The notes under the pieces are model-generated. The model was not told where the DNA came from and did not search any database. It saw only the letters and a list, made by a program, of their open reading frames with translations. From Candidatus Saccharimonadales bacterium (GTDB lineage: Bacteria > Patescibacteriota > Saccharimonadia > Saccharimonadales > UBA10212): DNA of 64,000 nucleotides. Location: contig DASTXL010000001.1 of assembly GCA_035758565.1 (NCBI GenBank), positions 331,242 to 395,241 of the forward strand, read 5' to 3'. The stretch's first letter is position 1, and each line of letters opens with the position of its first letter. Position numbers and translations under genes: made by a program. Shown one piece after another: positions 51,673 through 61,172 of this stretch.

Positions 51673-52356
51673 TCATGATGCTTTATATTGCCCTACGGCT
51701 TTGTCGGATACAATTTTGCCATCTTTAATGGTTACCACCCGGCGCTTTAGCGCGTTCACAATCTCTTGGTTGTGAGTGGTCAAAAGCACGGTTGTACCAA
51801 ACTTGTTAACCTTTTCTAGAACTTTAATAACATCCCAGGCGTGCTTGGGGTCAAGATTGCCTGTTGGCTCATCGGCGATCAAAATTTTGGGCTGACGTAC
51901 AATTGCCCGGGCAATGGCTACCCGCTGACGCTCGCCTCCCGATAGCTCCATTGGATAATTGTTGCCCTTATCCTTTAAGCCAACAATGTCTAGGACTTTT
52001 GGCACGGTAAATTTAATTTCGTTATTCGGAATGCCGGCGATTTCTAGCGCAAAAGCTACATTTTCATAAACTGTCTTATTTAGTAGGAGTTTAAAATCCT
52101 GGAACACTACCCCAATTTTACGACGCAGCAGTGGTACGTCCTTGTCTTTTAACTTGTCGTAATCGATACCGCCAACAATAATTTTGCCGCTGGTTGGTTT
52201 TTCTTCGCGGGTTAATAATTTAAAAAGGGTTGATTTGCCCGCGCCGCTAGGGCCGACGATAATCACGAATTCTTTAGGCTCAACATGGAGAGAAATGCGC
52301 TCTAGCGCTTGCCCTCGGCGACTATAAGATTTGCTCACCCTATCTAGTAAAATCAC
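51673..52356 (-). CDS. ftsE: cell division ATP-binding protein FtsE
   Basis: Walker A GPSGAGKST, LSGGERQR, Walker B LIADEPTGNLD. Confidence 0.9.
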   Translation of the reverse strand: MILLDRVSKSYSRRGQALERISLHVEPKEFVIIVGPSGAGKSTLFKLLTREEKPTSGKIIVGGIDYDKLKDKDVPLLRRKIGVVFQDFKLLLNKTVYENVAFALEIAGIPNNEIKFTVPKVLDIVGLKDKGNNYPMELSGGERQRVAIARAIVRQPKILIADEPTGNLDPKHAWDVIKVLEKVNKFGTTVLLTTHNQEIVNALKRRVVTIKDGKIVSDKAVGQYKAS

Positions 52357-52397
52357 GTACTAAGTATAGCAGACGCTCTAGTTGTCGACTAAAACCG

Positions 52398-53474
52398 CTA
52401 GCGTTTTTCTAACGCGGCGTTGATGAGCGGATTGAGATTGCCGTCTAAAATTTTTTCGGCGTCGGATGTTTCGTAACCGCTGCGCAAATCCTTCACCTGT
52501 TTATACGGATGCAGTACGTAGCTGCGAATTTGATTACCCCATTCCGCCGATTGATTTGGCCCTTTGATCTCACTCAAATCTTTAGCGTGCTGTTCTTGCT
52601 GGAGCGCCACCAGACGCGAACGCAGGATAGCTAGAGCCGTTTCTTTATTTTGTAGCTGCGAACGCTCATTTTGAATTGATACTGTAATGCCGGTTGGCAA
52701 ATGAGTTACGCGTACTGCAGAATCAGTAGTATTTACTGATTGACCGCCATGGCCGCCGGCTCTGAATACATCGATCTTCAGGTCTTTATCATCTATTTCA
52801 ACTTCGCCCGGCTGATCGATCAATGGCAGAACGTCAACCTTGGCAAAGCTGGTCTCTCTGGAGGCCGCCGAATTAAAGGGACTCTGGCGTACCAGACGAT
52901 GAACTCCCTGCTCTTCTTTTAAACGACCATAGAGATAATCGCCGCCGATAATTTTGAAAGTAGCACTTTTAATGCCGGCTTCTTCGCCCGCTGACTGATC
53001 GATCATTTCCGCCCGGCAGCCGTTCGATTCCGCCCAGCGCGTATACATTCTAAGTAGCATTTGCGCCCAGTCTTGGGCGTCGGTGCCACCCGCTCCTGCG
53101 TAAATAGAGATTATTACGTCTCGCTCGTCGTAAGGTCCGTTAAATCTCAGCTCTTGTTTAAGTTCTTCCAGGCGTTTACTGATTTTTTCTGCTTGGTCGT
53201 CTATTTCTGCCCGCATAGCTGGGTCGGCAACCAATGTTAGTTCTATAAGGTCGTTCGCTAAAGCCAGCAAACCATGCCAGGTCTCTACGCGAGCTCGCAA
53301 TTTTGCCTCCCTCTGAGCAACGTCGGCAGCTTTTTTAGGATCCTGCCAAAAATCTGCAGACTTCATTTGCTCTTGCAACTGGCTTAATTCATTAGCTGCT
53401 TGGTCAAGATTTAGCCGCTGCATTGTCGCGGCTATTTCGTCGCGGAGTTCAATAAGCTCTGGTGATGGCTTCAT
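52398..53474 (-). CDS. prfB: peptide chain release factor 2 (single uninterrupted frame)
   Basis: SPF tripeptide (RQSPFNS) and GGQ (GGHGGQSVN). No internal frameshift site. Confidence 0.95.
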   Translation of the reverse strand: MKPSPELIELRDEIAATMQRLNLDQAANELSQLQEQMKSADFWQDPKKAADVAQREAKLRARVETWHGLLALANDLIELTLVADPAMRAEIDDQAEKISKRLEELKQELRFNGPYDERDVIISIYAGAGGTDAQDWAQMLLRMYTRWAESNGCRAEMIDQSAGEEAGIKSATFKIIGGDYLYGRLKEEQGVHRLVRQSPFNSAASRETSFAKVDVLPLIDQPGEVEIDDKDLKIDVFRAGGHGGQSVNTTDSAVRVTHLPTGITVSIQNERSQLQNKETALAILRSRLVALQQEQHAKDLSEIKGPNQSAEWGNQIRSYVLHPYKQVKDLRSGYETSDAEKILDGNLNPLINAALEKR

Positions 53475-53477
53475 TTT

Positions 53478-54779
53478 TTAGGCTCCAGATTTTTCCCAAA
53501 GTGGCCGAACTATTTCGTTGAGTCGTTCGGTCAGCTCACGGCTGCGGCTGCCGCCGCCCAACACTGCCAGACCGCCAATGCTATCACCAAACATTTGGCT
53601 AGTAGCTTCAACAATCCTGTCTTTAGTGACAGCTTTGATTCTTTCTGGAATAGCGTTGTAATCATTTAAAATACCGTCAAAATAGTAACGACCAGTGTAG
53701 CCAGACATTGTCCCGCCGACTGTTTGAGCACTGCGCTGATGGCGACCCAACCAATATTGCTTAGCGGCATCTAGGTCTTCGCTGCTAATATCGCCTTCAC
53801 GCACCCGTTTAAGTTCGCGTACTATAATTTCAAAAAGCGCCGGGGCGTTGCGAGCAATAACCTGGGCGCTAAACCACCATTCGGTGGCACTGCGCATAAC
53901 TTCCACACCGGAACCCATGTTGTAGACCAATCCTCGTTCGCGGGCTTCGCCTAAGATTCGGGAGTAAAGCGTGCCGGTTAACATGCCATTGACCAACTCG
54001 AGGGCGTCCATATCGGCGTCATCAAATCGCTTCATAGCAAAGGTGTCTAAGTCAAAATAAACATTCTTAACAGATGGCCTGGCAACAAAAACCGGTTGAT
54101 TAAGGTTCTTTGGTGTTTCAACTGGCAGATCAAACTGGTTGCGACCTTTAGGCAAATCAACGCCTTCTAGCATGCGTTTAATGGCCGCCGCTCGACCCTT
54201 TAAGTTGCCGGCAATTACAAACCGCATATTTTTGGTGGTGTGAGTTCGCTCGTAGTGTTCCTGCAAATCTTTGAGCTTTACGTTCTTCATCATTTTGAGA
54301 CGCTCGCGGTCGGTCATGGCCAGCAAGCCGTGAGCTTCACGGGCTGTCAGGCTTAAAGTGCGAAAATGATTGTTAGAACGGCTAACAAGTTCGTCCTTTA
54401 CGTTGCCGTATTCAGCCAAGTATTCTTCGCGTAAAAACAAAGGTTTAGAAATAGCCACGAGCATTAATTCTAAAATCCTCTGCCATTCAAAGTCAGCACA
54501 CTCGGCCTCGTAAGTTATATAGTAAAAGCCGGTGCTAGCATTGTTGCCAGCCCCGTTTTTTTCGAATTCGGCCTGAAAAAGCCGGGCCTTTGGAATAAAT
54601 TTATTGGCGCCAAGTAACACATGCTCCATCAGGTGCGGTACTTCCCATTTGGTGCGGTCTACTAAATATTCTCCTGCTCGGAAATTGAACTCAAAGTCCA
54701 TAACGGTAGCACCCGGGATGTCTACTAGCAGTCCTTTGGCGCCGTTAGCGAGTTCGATTTCTATTGCGGTATGAGTCAT
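53478..54779 (-). CDS. M16 family (pitrilysin-like) zinc peptidase
   Basis: Inverted zinc motif HLMEH (HxxEH) near the N-terminus, 433 aa. Confidence 0.8.
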   Translation of the reverse strand: MTHTAIEIELANGAKGLLVDIPGATVMDFEFNFRAGEYLVDRTKWEVPHLMEHVLLGANKFIPKARLFQAEFEKNGAGNNASTGFYYITYEAECADFEWQRILELMLVAISKPLFLREEYLAEYGNVKDELVSRSNNHFRTLSLTAREAHGLLAMTDRERLKMMKNVKLKDLQEHYERTHTTKNMRFVIAGNLKGRAAAIKRMLEGVDLPKGRNQFDLPVETPKNLNQPVFVARPSVKNVYFDLDTFAMKRFDDADMDALELVNGMLTGTLYSRILGEARERGLVYNMGSGVEVMRSATEWWFSAQVIARNAPALFEIIVRELKRVREGDISSEDLDAAKQYWLGRHQRSAQTVGGTMSGYTGRYYFDGILNDYNAIPERIKAVTKDRIVEATSQMFGDSIGGLAVLGGGSRSRELTERLNEIVRPLWEKSGA

Positions 54780-54790
54780 GGCGCCTCCGG

Positions 54791-54877
54791 CTTATGAGGA
54801 ACCCCGTACGGGTTCCTCGTCGCAACTTCCGAAGTAAATTCGGATTCGCCCGAAGGCGAATCGTTGTTACTTTTCCT
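54791..54877 (-). repeat. structured intergenic element, copy Z
   Basis: CTTATGAGGA..., perfect 9-bp hairpin GAGGAACCC/GGGTTCCTC, conserved-loop hairpin CCGAA-GTAAA-TTCGG (54829..54843), 8-bp hairpin GATTCGCC/GGCGAATC, TACTTTTCC. Confidence 0.55.
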
Positions 54878-54926
54878 GCAAAATTTAAAATGAATTTCTG
54901 TCATTATATAAGCGTTTCCAGATTAA

Positions 54927-57563
54927 CTACTTACGCTTTTTCTTTTTAGCCGCAGGTTTCTTCTTGCGTTGGCGCTCAGCTTTACGGGCTTTTTTGCGTG
55001 TATTATGCAAGTGAGCTTGCTTAGCAAGTTCATCGCGCTGCGGCGTAAAGTCGTTTTCTTCGTACTGTTCGGCTTTTTGAATTTGGCTGGCATTATCAAC
55101 AGAACCGCGAGCTGCGCGGGTCAGCTCCGTCTCTACCGCCTTAGTCAAAGTAGCTTCGGCATCAATCGGTTGCGCATGGGCGATAGCCCGAACAATTTCA
55201 TGTCGCAAGGCTGCCTGCATTTCATCAAAAATACGCTGGCCTTGACGACGATACTCAACTAGCGGGTCGCGCTGACCAACGCTAATCCAGTGAATACCTT
55301 CGCGCAGGTGGTCCATGTTTTCTAAGTGCTGCATCCATAGATTGTCTAAGACCTGTAAGAACACATCGCGCTCGACTTTGCGCATAACTTCCGGGGTAAA
55401 CTTCTCTTCTTGCTCTTTATATTGTTTGGCGGCGGCCTTTTCTAGAGCGGTCTGGAATTTATCGGCTTCGGTATCAAACAGCTTATCCAGAGTTTTTTCG
55501 TCCAGCGGGAATGTCTCGGTTAGGATTGATTCATATAGCTCGCTAGTTGATTCCGGGTGGTTAGTCAGCCACTCCACTTCTTCGTTAATCAACTTTTTGA
55601 TACGAGGACTGATGTCTTCGGCGCGCAAAACTTCGCGGCGCATAGCGTAAATTGCTCGGCGATGACGGTTCATAACGTCATCGTACTGGACGACGTTTTT
55701 GCGCTGGTCAAAGTTAAAGCCCTCTACCTTCTTTTGGGCGCCTTCCAAGCTCTTGGTAATCATGCGGCTTTCAATCGGCGTTTCATCATCGACTTTGAGC
55801 CGATCCATTAGGCTGGCAATGCGGTCACCGCCGTAAATACGCATTAGGTCGTCTTCGCAAGAAACGTAAAACTGTGTCATGCCGGGATCACCCTGGCGTC
55901 CGGAACGACCGCGCAACTGGTTATCGATACGGCGCGATTCGTGACGTTCAGTACCAAGCACGAACAAACCACCAAGTTCTTTAATGCCTTCGCCTAGCAC
56001 GATGTCCGTACCGCGGCCGGCTATGTTGGTCGCCAGCGTTACCGCTCCCTTTTCACCGGCTTTGGCGACAATCGCTGCTTCTTTCTCGTTGTTTTTGGCG
56101 TTCAAAGTTTCGTGCGGTACGCCGGCGTTTTTGAGCAATCTGCTCAAGTGCTCGTTCTTTTCGATACTCACGGTGCCGAGCAAAACCGGCTGGCCCTTTT
56201 CGTGCAAGGCTTTAACTTCCTTGGCAATAGCCTTAAACTTGCCGGACTCTGTCTTATATATACGGTCGGGCAAATCCTGGCGAGCAATCGGGCGGTTCGG
56301 CGGTATTTCTACTACATCTAGCTTGTAGATTTGATGGAACTCTTCGCTTTCGGTCATGGCCGTACCGGTCATACCAGATAATTTTTCGTACAATCGGAAA
56401 TAGTTCTGGAAAGAAATAGTGGCCAGCGTCATGGACTCTTCTTGGACCTCAACGCCTTCTTTAGCTTCAATGGCCTGGTGCAAACCTTCGTTATACCGCC
56501 GGCCACGCAAAAGACGACCCGTGAAGTCGTCGACTATTACAATCTCGCCCTCGGTAGTTACCACATAATCTTTATCTCGGTGGAATAGAACCTGGGCCTT
56601 GAGCGCTTGCTCTAAGTGATAAATGGTGCGCAGGTTCTCAGTGGCGTAAAGATTTTTGATGCCAAGGATTTTTTCTACCAGTTCAATGCCGGCGTCGGTC
56701 AAAACTACGCTTTTGCGCTTCTCGTCTTTTTCGTAGTGCTCGGTTTCTTTAAGACTGCGGACAACTTTGGCAAATTGAGCATAGGCCGCGCCACTCGCGG
56801 TAGCCGGCGCGCTAATGATCAAAGGCGTACGGGCTTCGTCAATAAGAATGGAGTCGACTTCGTCCACGATGGCATAGTGCAGGTCGCGTTGGCGCAGCTG
56901 ATCAACTTCGCGCACCATATTATCGCGCAGATAATCAAAGCCAAACTCGTTGTTTGTACCGTAGGTAATGTCGGCAGCGTAAGCTTCCTGGCGAGTAGCT
57001 GGCCTAAGATGGTGCATGCGGGCATCAAAGTGCTCTTTGTTTTCGTAGGTCGGATCATATACATAGGACTGATCCGGAATAACCACGCCGGTAGTTAAAC
57101 CCAAAAAGCCATAAACCTGACCCATCCAGCCGGCGTCGCGTTGGGCCAAATAATCGTTAACTGTCACCACGTGCGCACCTTTGCCTTCTAGCGCGTTCAA
57201 ATAAACCGGCAATGTAGCCACCAATGTTTTACCTTCACCGGTTTTCATTTCGGCCACGTTACCTTCGTGCAATACCATGCCGCCAATCAATTGAACATCA
57301 AAGTGATATTGACCGAGCGTTCGCTTGGCGGCCTCACGCACGGCAGAGAATGCTTCTGGCAAAAGTTTATCCAGGCTTTCGCCCTTGGCAATACGTTCTT
57401 TAAACTCTTTAGTCTTAGACTTCAGTTTGGCATCCGTTAGCTTCTCGTATTCTGTCGACAACGCATTAATTTCATTAACGCGCTTTTTTAGCCGCTTAAT
57501 AGTTGCGGCTTGCGGATCACCAAGCACACGTTTTAGAGCCTTTGTATTTATAGTAAGCGCCAA
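54927..57563 (-). CDS. secA: preprotein translocase ATPase SecA
   Basis: 878 aa, MKTGEGKTL Walker A, DEVDSILIDEARTPLIIS, TNMAGRGTDI-like block. The C-terminus is a Lys-rich tail rather than a Cys/His zinc motif. Confidence 0.97.
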   Translation of the reverse strand: MALTINTKALKRVLGDPQAATIKRLKKRVNEINALSTEYEKLTDAKLKSKTKEFKERIAKGESLDKLLPEAFSAVREAAKRTLGQYHFDVQLIGGMVLHEGNVAEMKTGEGKTLVATLPVYLNALEGKGAHVVTVNDYLAQRDAGWMGQVYGFLGLTTGVVIPDQSYVYDPTYENKEHFDARMHHLRPATRQEAYAADITYGTNNEFGFDYLRDNMVREVDQLRQRDLHYAIVDEVDSILIDEARTPLIISAPATASGAAYAQFAKVVRSLKETEHYEKDEKRKSVVLTDAGIELVEKILGIKNLYATENLRTIYHLEQALKAQVLFHRDKDYVVTTEGEIVIVDDFTGRLLRGRRYNEGLHQAIEAKEGVEVQEESMTLATISFQNYFRLYEKLSGMTGTAMTESEEFHQIYKLDVVEIPPNRPIARQDLPDRIYKTESGKFKAIAKEVKALHEKGQPVLLGTVSIEKNEHLSRLLKNAGVPHETLNAKNNEKEAAIVAKAGEKGAVTLATNIAGRGTDIVLGEGIKELGGLFVLGTERHESRRIDNQLRGRSGRQGDPGMTQFYVSCEDDLMRIYGGDRIASLMDRLKVDDETPIESRMITKSLEGAQKKVEGFNFDQRKNVVQYDDVMNRHRRAIYAMRREVLRAEDISPRIKKLINEEVEWLTNHPESTSELYESILTETFPLDEKTLDKLFDTEADKFQTALEKAAAKQYKEQEEKFTPEVMRKVERDVFLQVLDNLWMQHLENMDHLREGIHWISVGQRDPLVEYRRQGQRIFDEMQAALRHEIVRAIAHAQPIDAEATLTKAVETELTRAARGSVDNASQIQKAEQYEENDFTPQRDELAKQAHLHNTRKKARKAERQRKKKPAAKKKKRK

Positions 57564-57643
57564 GAATCTCTCCCTCTTATAATCAAGAAAAGTTAACCTT
57601 ATTATTTTAGCCTAAACTCAAATCAAAATCTAACCTCTAACAA

Positions 57644-58942
57644 TCAGATTTCAGTTCGGCCGCCCATATAGGGCTGCAATACTTTAGGAACTTTTATTTT
57701 GCCTTCTTTGGTTTGATAGTTTTCTAGGATAGCCAGCAGCGGGCGCTGCGAAAAAGCCGTAGCGTCATTGTTGTGAGCGATTACTAGCTCTCCGTCTTTG
57801 CGACGAACGCGAGTATTCATTCCGCGTGATTGATAGTCGCCAATGTAGTCTGCTGTGTGAGTTTCGCGGTACTTGCCTTCGGATGGGAACCATGCCTCAA
57901 GGTCCATACCGCGAGCGTTCGGACGGCCAATATCCGCCGTGCATTTGTTCAGCAGATGGTACGGAAGTTCTAACTGCTGCATCAAATATTCTTCTATGGC
58001 CACCATGAAAAAGTGCTCGTTCAAAGAGTCTTCTGGCGTGGTAAAGCTTTCCATTTCGAGTTTGTCGAACTGATGCAGGCGCATCATGCCCTCGGTGTCT
58101 TTACCATACGTGCCTGCCTCGCGCCGAAACGCAGTCGTATAGCCAACATAGCGCAGCGGCAAGTCAGCCTCGCTCAAAATCTCGTTCAAATACATGGGCG
58201 CTAGTGTGTGCTCAGCGCTGGCGTTTAGCCATAAATCTTCGTCTTCAATCTTATAGGTCTGCTCCTGCTTATTTAGGCGGCCAGTTGCCTCGAAGGCTTC
58301 GGTCCGAGCCATCGCCGGGGGTAAAACCGGCACGAATGGTTTTGACGAAACATTTTTAAGACCAGCGCCCTTGATGATTCGCTTTAGAGTTTCTTCGTTT
58401 GTCAAAACATCAAAACCGTACTGCATTAACGCAAACTGCAGACGAACCAGCTCGCCCTTAACATACACAAAGCGGCTGCCAGCAATTTTGGCCGCTCTTT
58501 CCTGATCCAACCAGCCACGCTCTTTGGCGATCTGGTAGTGGGCCTTGGGCTCAAAGTCGAATTCGGGCTTTTTGCCCCAAACTTTAACCTCTACATTTTC
58601 GTCTTCACTAGCGCCAACCGGCACATCGTCGGCTGGCATGTTGGGAACCATTTTAAGTAATTTGAGAAACTCTTCATTAACCGGCCCAAGTTGGTCTTCT
58701 AGCTGAGCTAGTTTTTCTTTAAGCTCTTTGCCTCGCTTGATATCTTCGTCGCTCGGCTTACCAGACTTTAGCTTGCCAGCTAATTCATTCCGCTCTGCCC
58801 GCACGGTCTCGACTTCGCTTGTCAGCTTGCGCCGACTTTCATCGACGCTCAAAAGTTTGCGCACATCAACGTCGTAGCCTTTTTGCTTGGATTTTTCGGC
58901 CACCAGTTCGGGATTCTCTCGGATAAAACGGATATCTAACAT
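57644..58942 (-). CDS. serS: serine--tRNA ligase
   Basis: N-terminal coiled-coil arm, class II motifs (FRREAG, ...TAFSQRPLLAILENYQ). Confidence 0.95.
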   Translation of the reverse strand: MLDIRFIRENPELVAEKSKQKGYDVDVRKLLSVDESRRKLTSEVETVRAERNELAGKLKSGKPSDEDIKRGKELKEKLAQLEDQLGPVNEEFLKLLKMVPNMPADDVPVGASEDENVEVKVWGKKPEFDFEPKAHYQIAKERGWLDQERAAKIAGSRFVYVKGELVRLQFALMQYGFDVLTNEETLKRIIKGAGLKNVSSKPFVPVLPPAMARTEAFEATGRLNKQEQTYKIEDEDLWLNASAEHTLAPMYLNEILSEADLPLRYVGYTTAFRREAGTYGKDTEGMMRLHQFDKLEMESFTTPEDSLNEHFFMVAIEEYLMQQLELPYHLLNKCTADIGRPNARGMDLEAWFPSEGKYRETHTADYIGDYQSRGMNTRVRRKDGELVIAHNNDATAFSQRPLLAILENYQTKEGKIKVPKVLQPYMGGRTEI

Positions 58943-59033
58943 GCTTTAAATTATACCTTCTTTAACGCACTTTTTGCATTTTGGTTTTATCGGCCTATAA
59001 TCTGGCTTAAAGGGTAAGCATAAGGATAATAAA

Positions 59034-59618
59034 GTGGATAGATTAATAAAGCACGTAAACCTCTGGGTAGTTATTTTGATAGCCGTGCTGGTTGGACAGT
59101 CTTTGGTGCTAGCCATTGTGGTGGACCGCCTTGACGCATTGTGGACGCAGGTTAATGAACCCGAACCAGGCAGAGAGATGACATTTGAGACTAGTCAAAT
59201 GATACATAACGCTGTTTCTGGGATTTATACGCGCCCTAGCGTGGATGCTCCCACCAACAGGCTCTACTTCCCTGATCTAAGGATATATCTGCCATATAAC
59301 GAACAGTCTAAACAAATAGTCTACGATTACATGCCAGCCTACAATAAAGTCCCGGGCGAAGTCACCTTAAACTCCAACACTACCGTAAATATAGTTCCTC
59401 TGTCTTTTAGCGACATCTCTTGCATGCAGGGGATGGTCGACGTAAGCATAAATAAGGCCCAGGGCAATCCTCAAGCTACCGTAAAGCTAGCCGATGGTCG
59501 TACGCTCTACATGAAAACTCACCCGGCAAAGGAAGATGTAGCTCACTGTAACGACGTCTGGGGAGACTTGGGGCCTACCCAGATGATGGACTTATTTAAG
59601 CAGGCTAGGTCTTACTAG
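59034..59618 (+). CDS. hypothetical membrane-anchored protein
   Basis: GTG start in the track, one N-terminal TM helix. No family recognised. Confidence 0.4.
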   Translation: MDRLIKHVNLWVVILIAVLVGQSLVLAIVVDRLDALWTQVNEPEPGREMTFETSQMIHNAVSGIYTRPSVDAPTNRLYFPDLRIYLPYNEQSKQIVYDYMPAYNKVPGEVTLNSNTTVNIVPLSFSDISCMQGMVDVSINKAQGNPQATVKLADGRTLYMKTHPAKEDVAHCNDVWGDLGPTQMMDLFKQARSY

Positions 59619-60426
59619 CAACTTTTTTAGCGGATTTGGGCTTGGCAGATTTCTTTTGCAGCGCTTCAACAGTAAGCATTGTTCGACTGCGAGCATAATC
59701 GCAAAATTCACAAGGTTTGGACGGGTCCATAACATTTTTGCCTACCTCTGGCATGTCGTCCGAGTCCAGGCATTCTTTCATTTTGAAAATTGTCTGCTCC
59801 ACCCAGCTGTCGTCGCCTTCATAGTCTAAGAGTTTGGTCTTGAACTCTAGTTTATCGCCGAATTTGTCGGCATCTAGCCGAGCATTGGTGTAAAGAAAAT
59901 AGCCGACATTTTTAACCTTAAAAGCATTGCTGCGCAGTAACCATTGGTAAACTTCGATTTGGCGTTTATAGCCAATTTGCCAACCAGCATCCAGACTTAC
60001 TTCACCGGCTTTGGCTGTGGCTTTATAATCAACTACTACTAGCTCGTCAGTTTCCAGATCAACCCAAATATCGTCAACACCGCCAGTAATCAATAAGTTG
60101 GTCGGCTCATGCAAAAAAGTTACTCCGCGGCGTAACGCATCGCGCCATTCATCCATTTTCTCGTGCTTAAATGGAACTAGCTTGAGGCCGTATGTTTCAC
60201 AAATCGGATGGGCGGTTTGTGTTTCCCGATGGACATCGAACTCTTTTTTATAAAGTTCGTCTATAGCGCTATTGATGCGAAAAGGAGGGCTGCTTGGCCG
60301 CTTAATTTTCAGCCGGGCGTCCAGCCAAAAACACCGCGGGCAATTCAAAAAAAGATCGATTTTGCTGCGGCTGACCCGGTAAGGCGCTGTTTGCCCCGGC
60401 TTATAAGGTAAAGATCTCTCTCTCAT
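59605..60426 (-). CDS. PD-(D/E)XK nuclease superfamily protein with Cas4/AddB-like Cys cluster
   Basis: GGVDD...VVVDYK (D...D/ExK) core. CPRC near the N-terminus and CEFC near the C-terminus (2+2 Cys). Confidence 0.65.
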   Translation of the reverse strand: MRERSLPYKPGQTAPYRVSRSKIDLFLNCPRCFWLDARLKIKRPSSPPFRINSAIDELYKKEFDVHRETQTAHPICETYGLKLVPFKHEKMDEWRDALRRGVTFLHEPTNLLITGGVDDIWVDLETDELVVVDYKATAKAGEVSLDAGWQIGYKRQIEVYQWLLRSNAFKVKNVGYFLYTNARLDADKFGDKLEFKTKLLDYEGDDSWVEQTIFKMKECLDSDDMPEVGKNVMDPSKPCEFCDYARSRTMLTVEALQKKSAKPKSAKKVASKT

Positions 60427-60596
60427 ATTTTTTCCCTTGCGAAGAGCAGCTCTGGCAAATATGGTGAACCATTTGCCGGCTCTGGTGAGAAACCCAGAAT
60501 GGGTGTCTCATAAGGCGTTAGCTGCCTATAAGGTTGGCTTCGTTCGTACCCCATTACTAATAGTTTAACAGGCTTATGCAAATATATGCGGCCATT

Positions 60597-60640
60597 AAAA
60601 ATACCGAGCTCTTTTTAGGCTCGGTATTTTGTTTGTTTTA
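60597..60640. terminator. bidirectional intrinsic terminator
   Basis: AAAAATACCGAGC-loop-GCTCGGTATTTTGTTTGTTTT, 20 nt downstream of the 60651..60968 gene. Confidence 0.6.
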
Positions 60641-60650
60641 TATATGGATA

Positions 60651-60968
60651 TTAGCGGCGGCCGCTTGGAGTCCAGCGGGCAGCCAGGCTAACCAAAAGAT
60701 AGCCAGCAGCTACGTAGACTGCCATAGCGAACAGGGCTACCCAGTCGACATACCAGTTGCCTGGAGTGTGAGTTGGGTTTGGGAATACACCGCGGAAAGG
60801 CGCCAAAAGCGTATCCGTTGTGCTAAACGCCCAATGAACGAACCCGCCACCAGCGTTGGTGAAGAAAAACTTCAAGACAACGCGGAGCAAGAGCAAAAGC
60901 TCTGTTAAACCGACAAACAAGTTAACCAAATGGCCAACAGCCTGCCTGTTTGCTTTGTAGAGATCCAT
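60651..60968 (-). CDS. YggT-like small membrane protein
   Basis: 105 aa, two TM helices, LLRVVLKFF...LLAPFR pattern. AAGGAGG SD. Confidence 0.45.
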   Translation of the reverse strand: MDLYKANRQAVGHLVNLFVGLTELLLLLRVVLKFFFTNAGGGFVHWAFSTTDTLLAPFRGVFPNPTHTPGNWYVDWVALFAMAVYVAAGYLLVSLAARWTPSGRR

Positions 60969-61060
60969 ATGTCCTCCTTAGTTAATAAGCTCATCATATG
61001 CCCGCTTCAGCAAATTTTCAAGTTAGATTTCTAACAAAAGCGCACTTATACACAACTCCT

Positions 61061-61155
61061 CCTGAGGACAAACCTAGCGGTATTCCCTTAACGCGCCTTC
61101 TGGAGTAAATCCAGATTCGGCTTTTATGAGCCGAATCGGCGCTACTCTTTTTCCC
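61061..61155 (-). repeat. structured intergenic element, copy Y
   Basis: CCTGAGGACAAACCTAGCGGT..., conserved-loop hairpin CTGGA-GTAAA-TCCAG (61100..61114), 9-bp hairpin GATTCGGCT/AGCCGAATC, CTCTTTTTCCC. Confidence 0.55.
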
Positions 61156-61172
61156 TAGCCTGTAAAAGAAAC

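Noticed and set aside
52398-53474. The programmed +1 frameshift site usually found in prfB
   Set aside because: The RF2 ORF is a single uninterrupted frame from MKPSPELIEL through the region equivalent to the E. coli frameshift site (RLNLDQA). A minority of bacteria lack the frameshift, so nothing needs explaining here.
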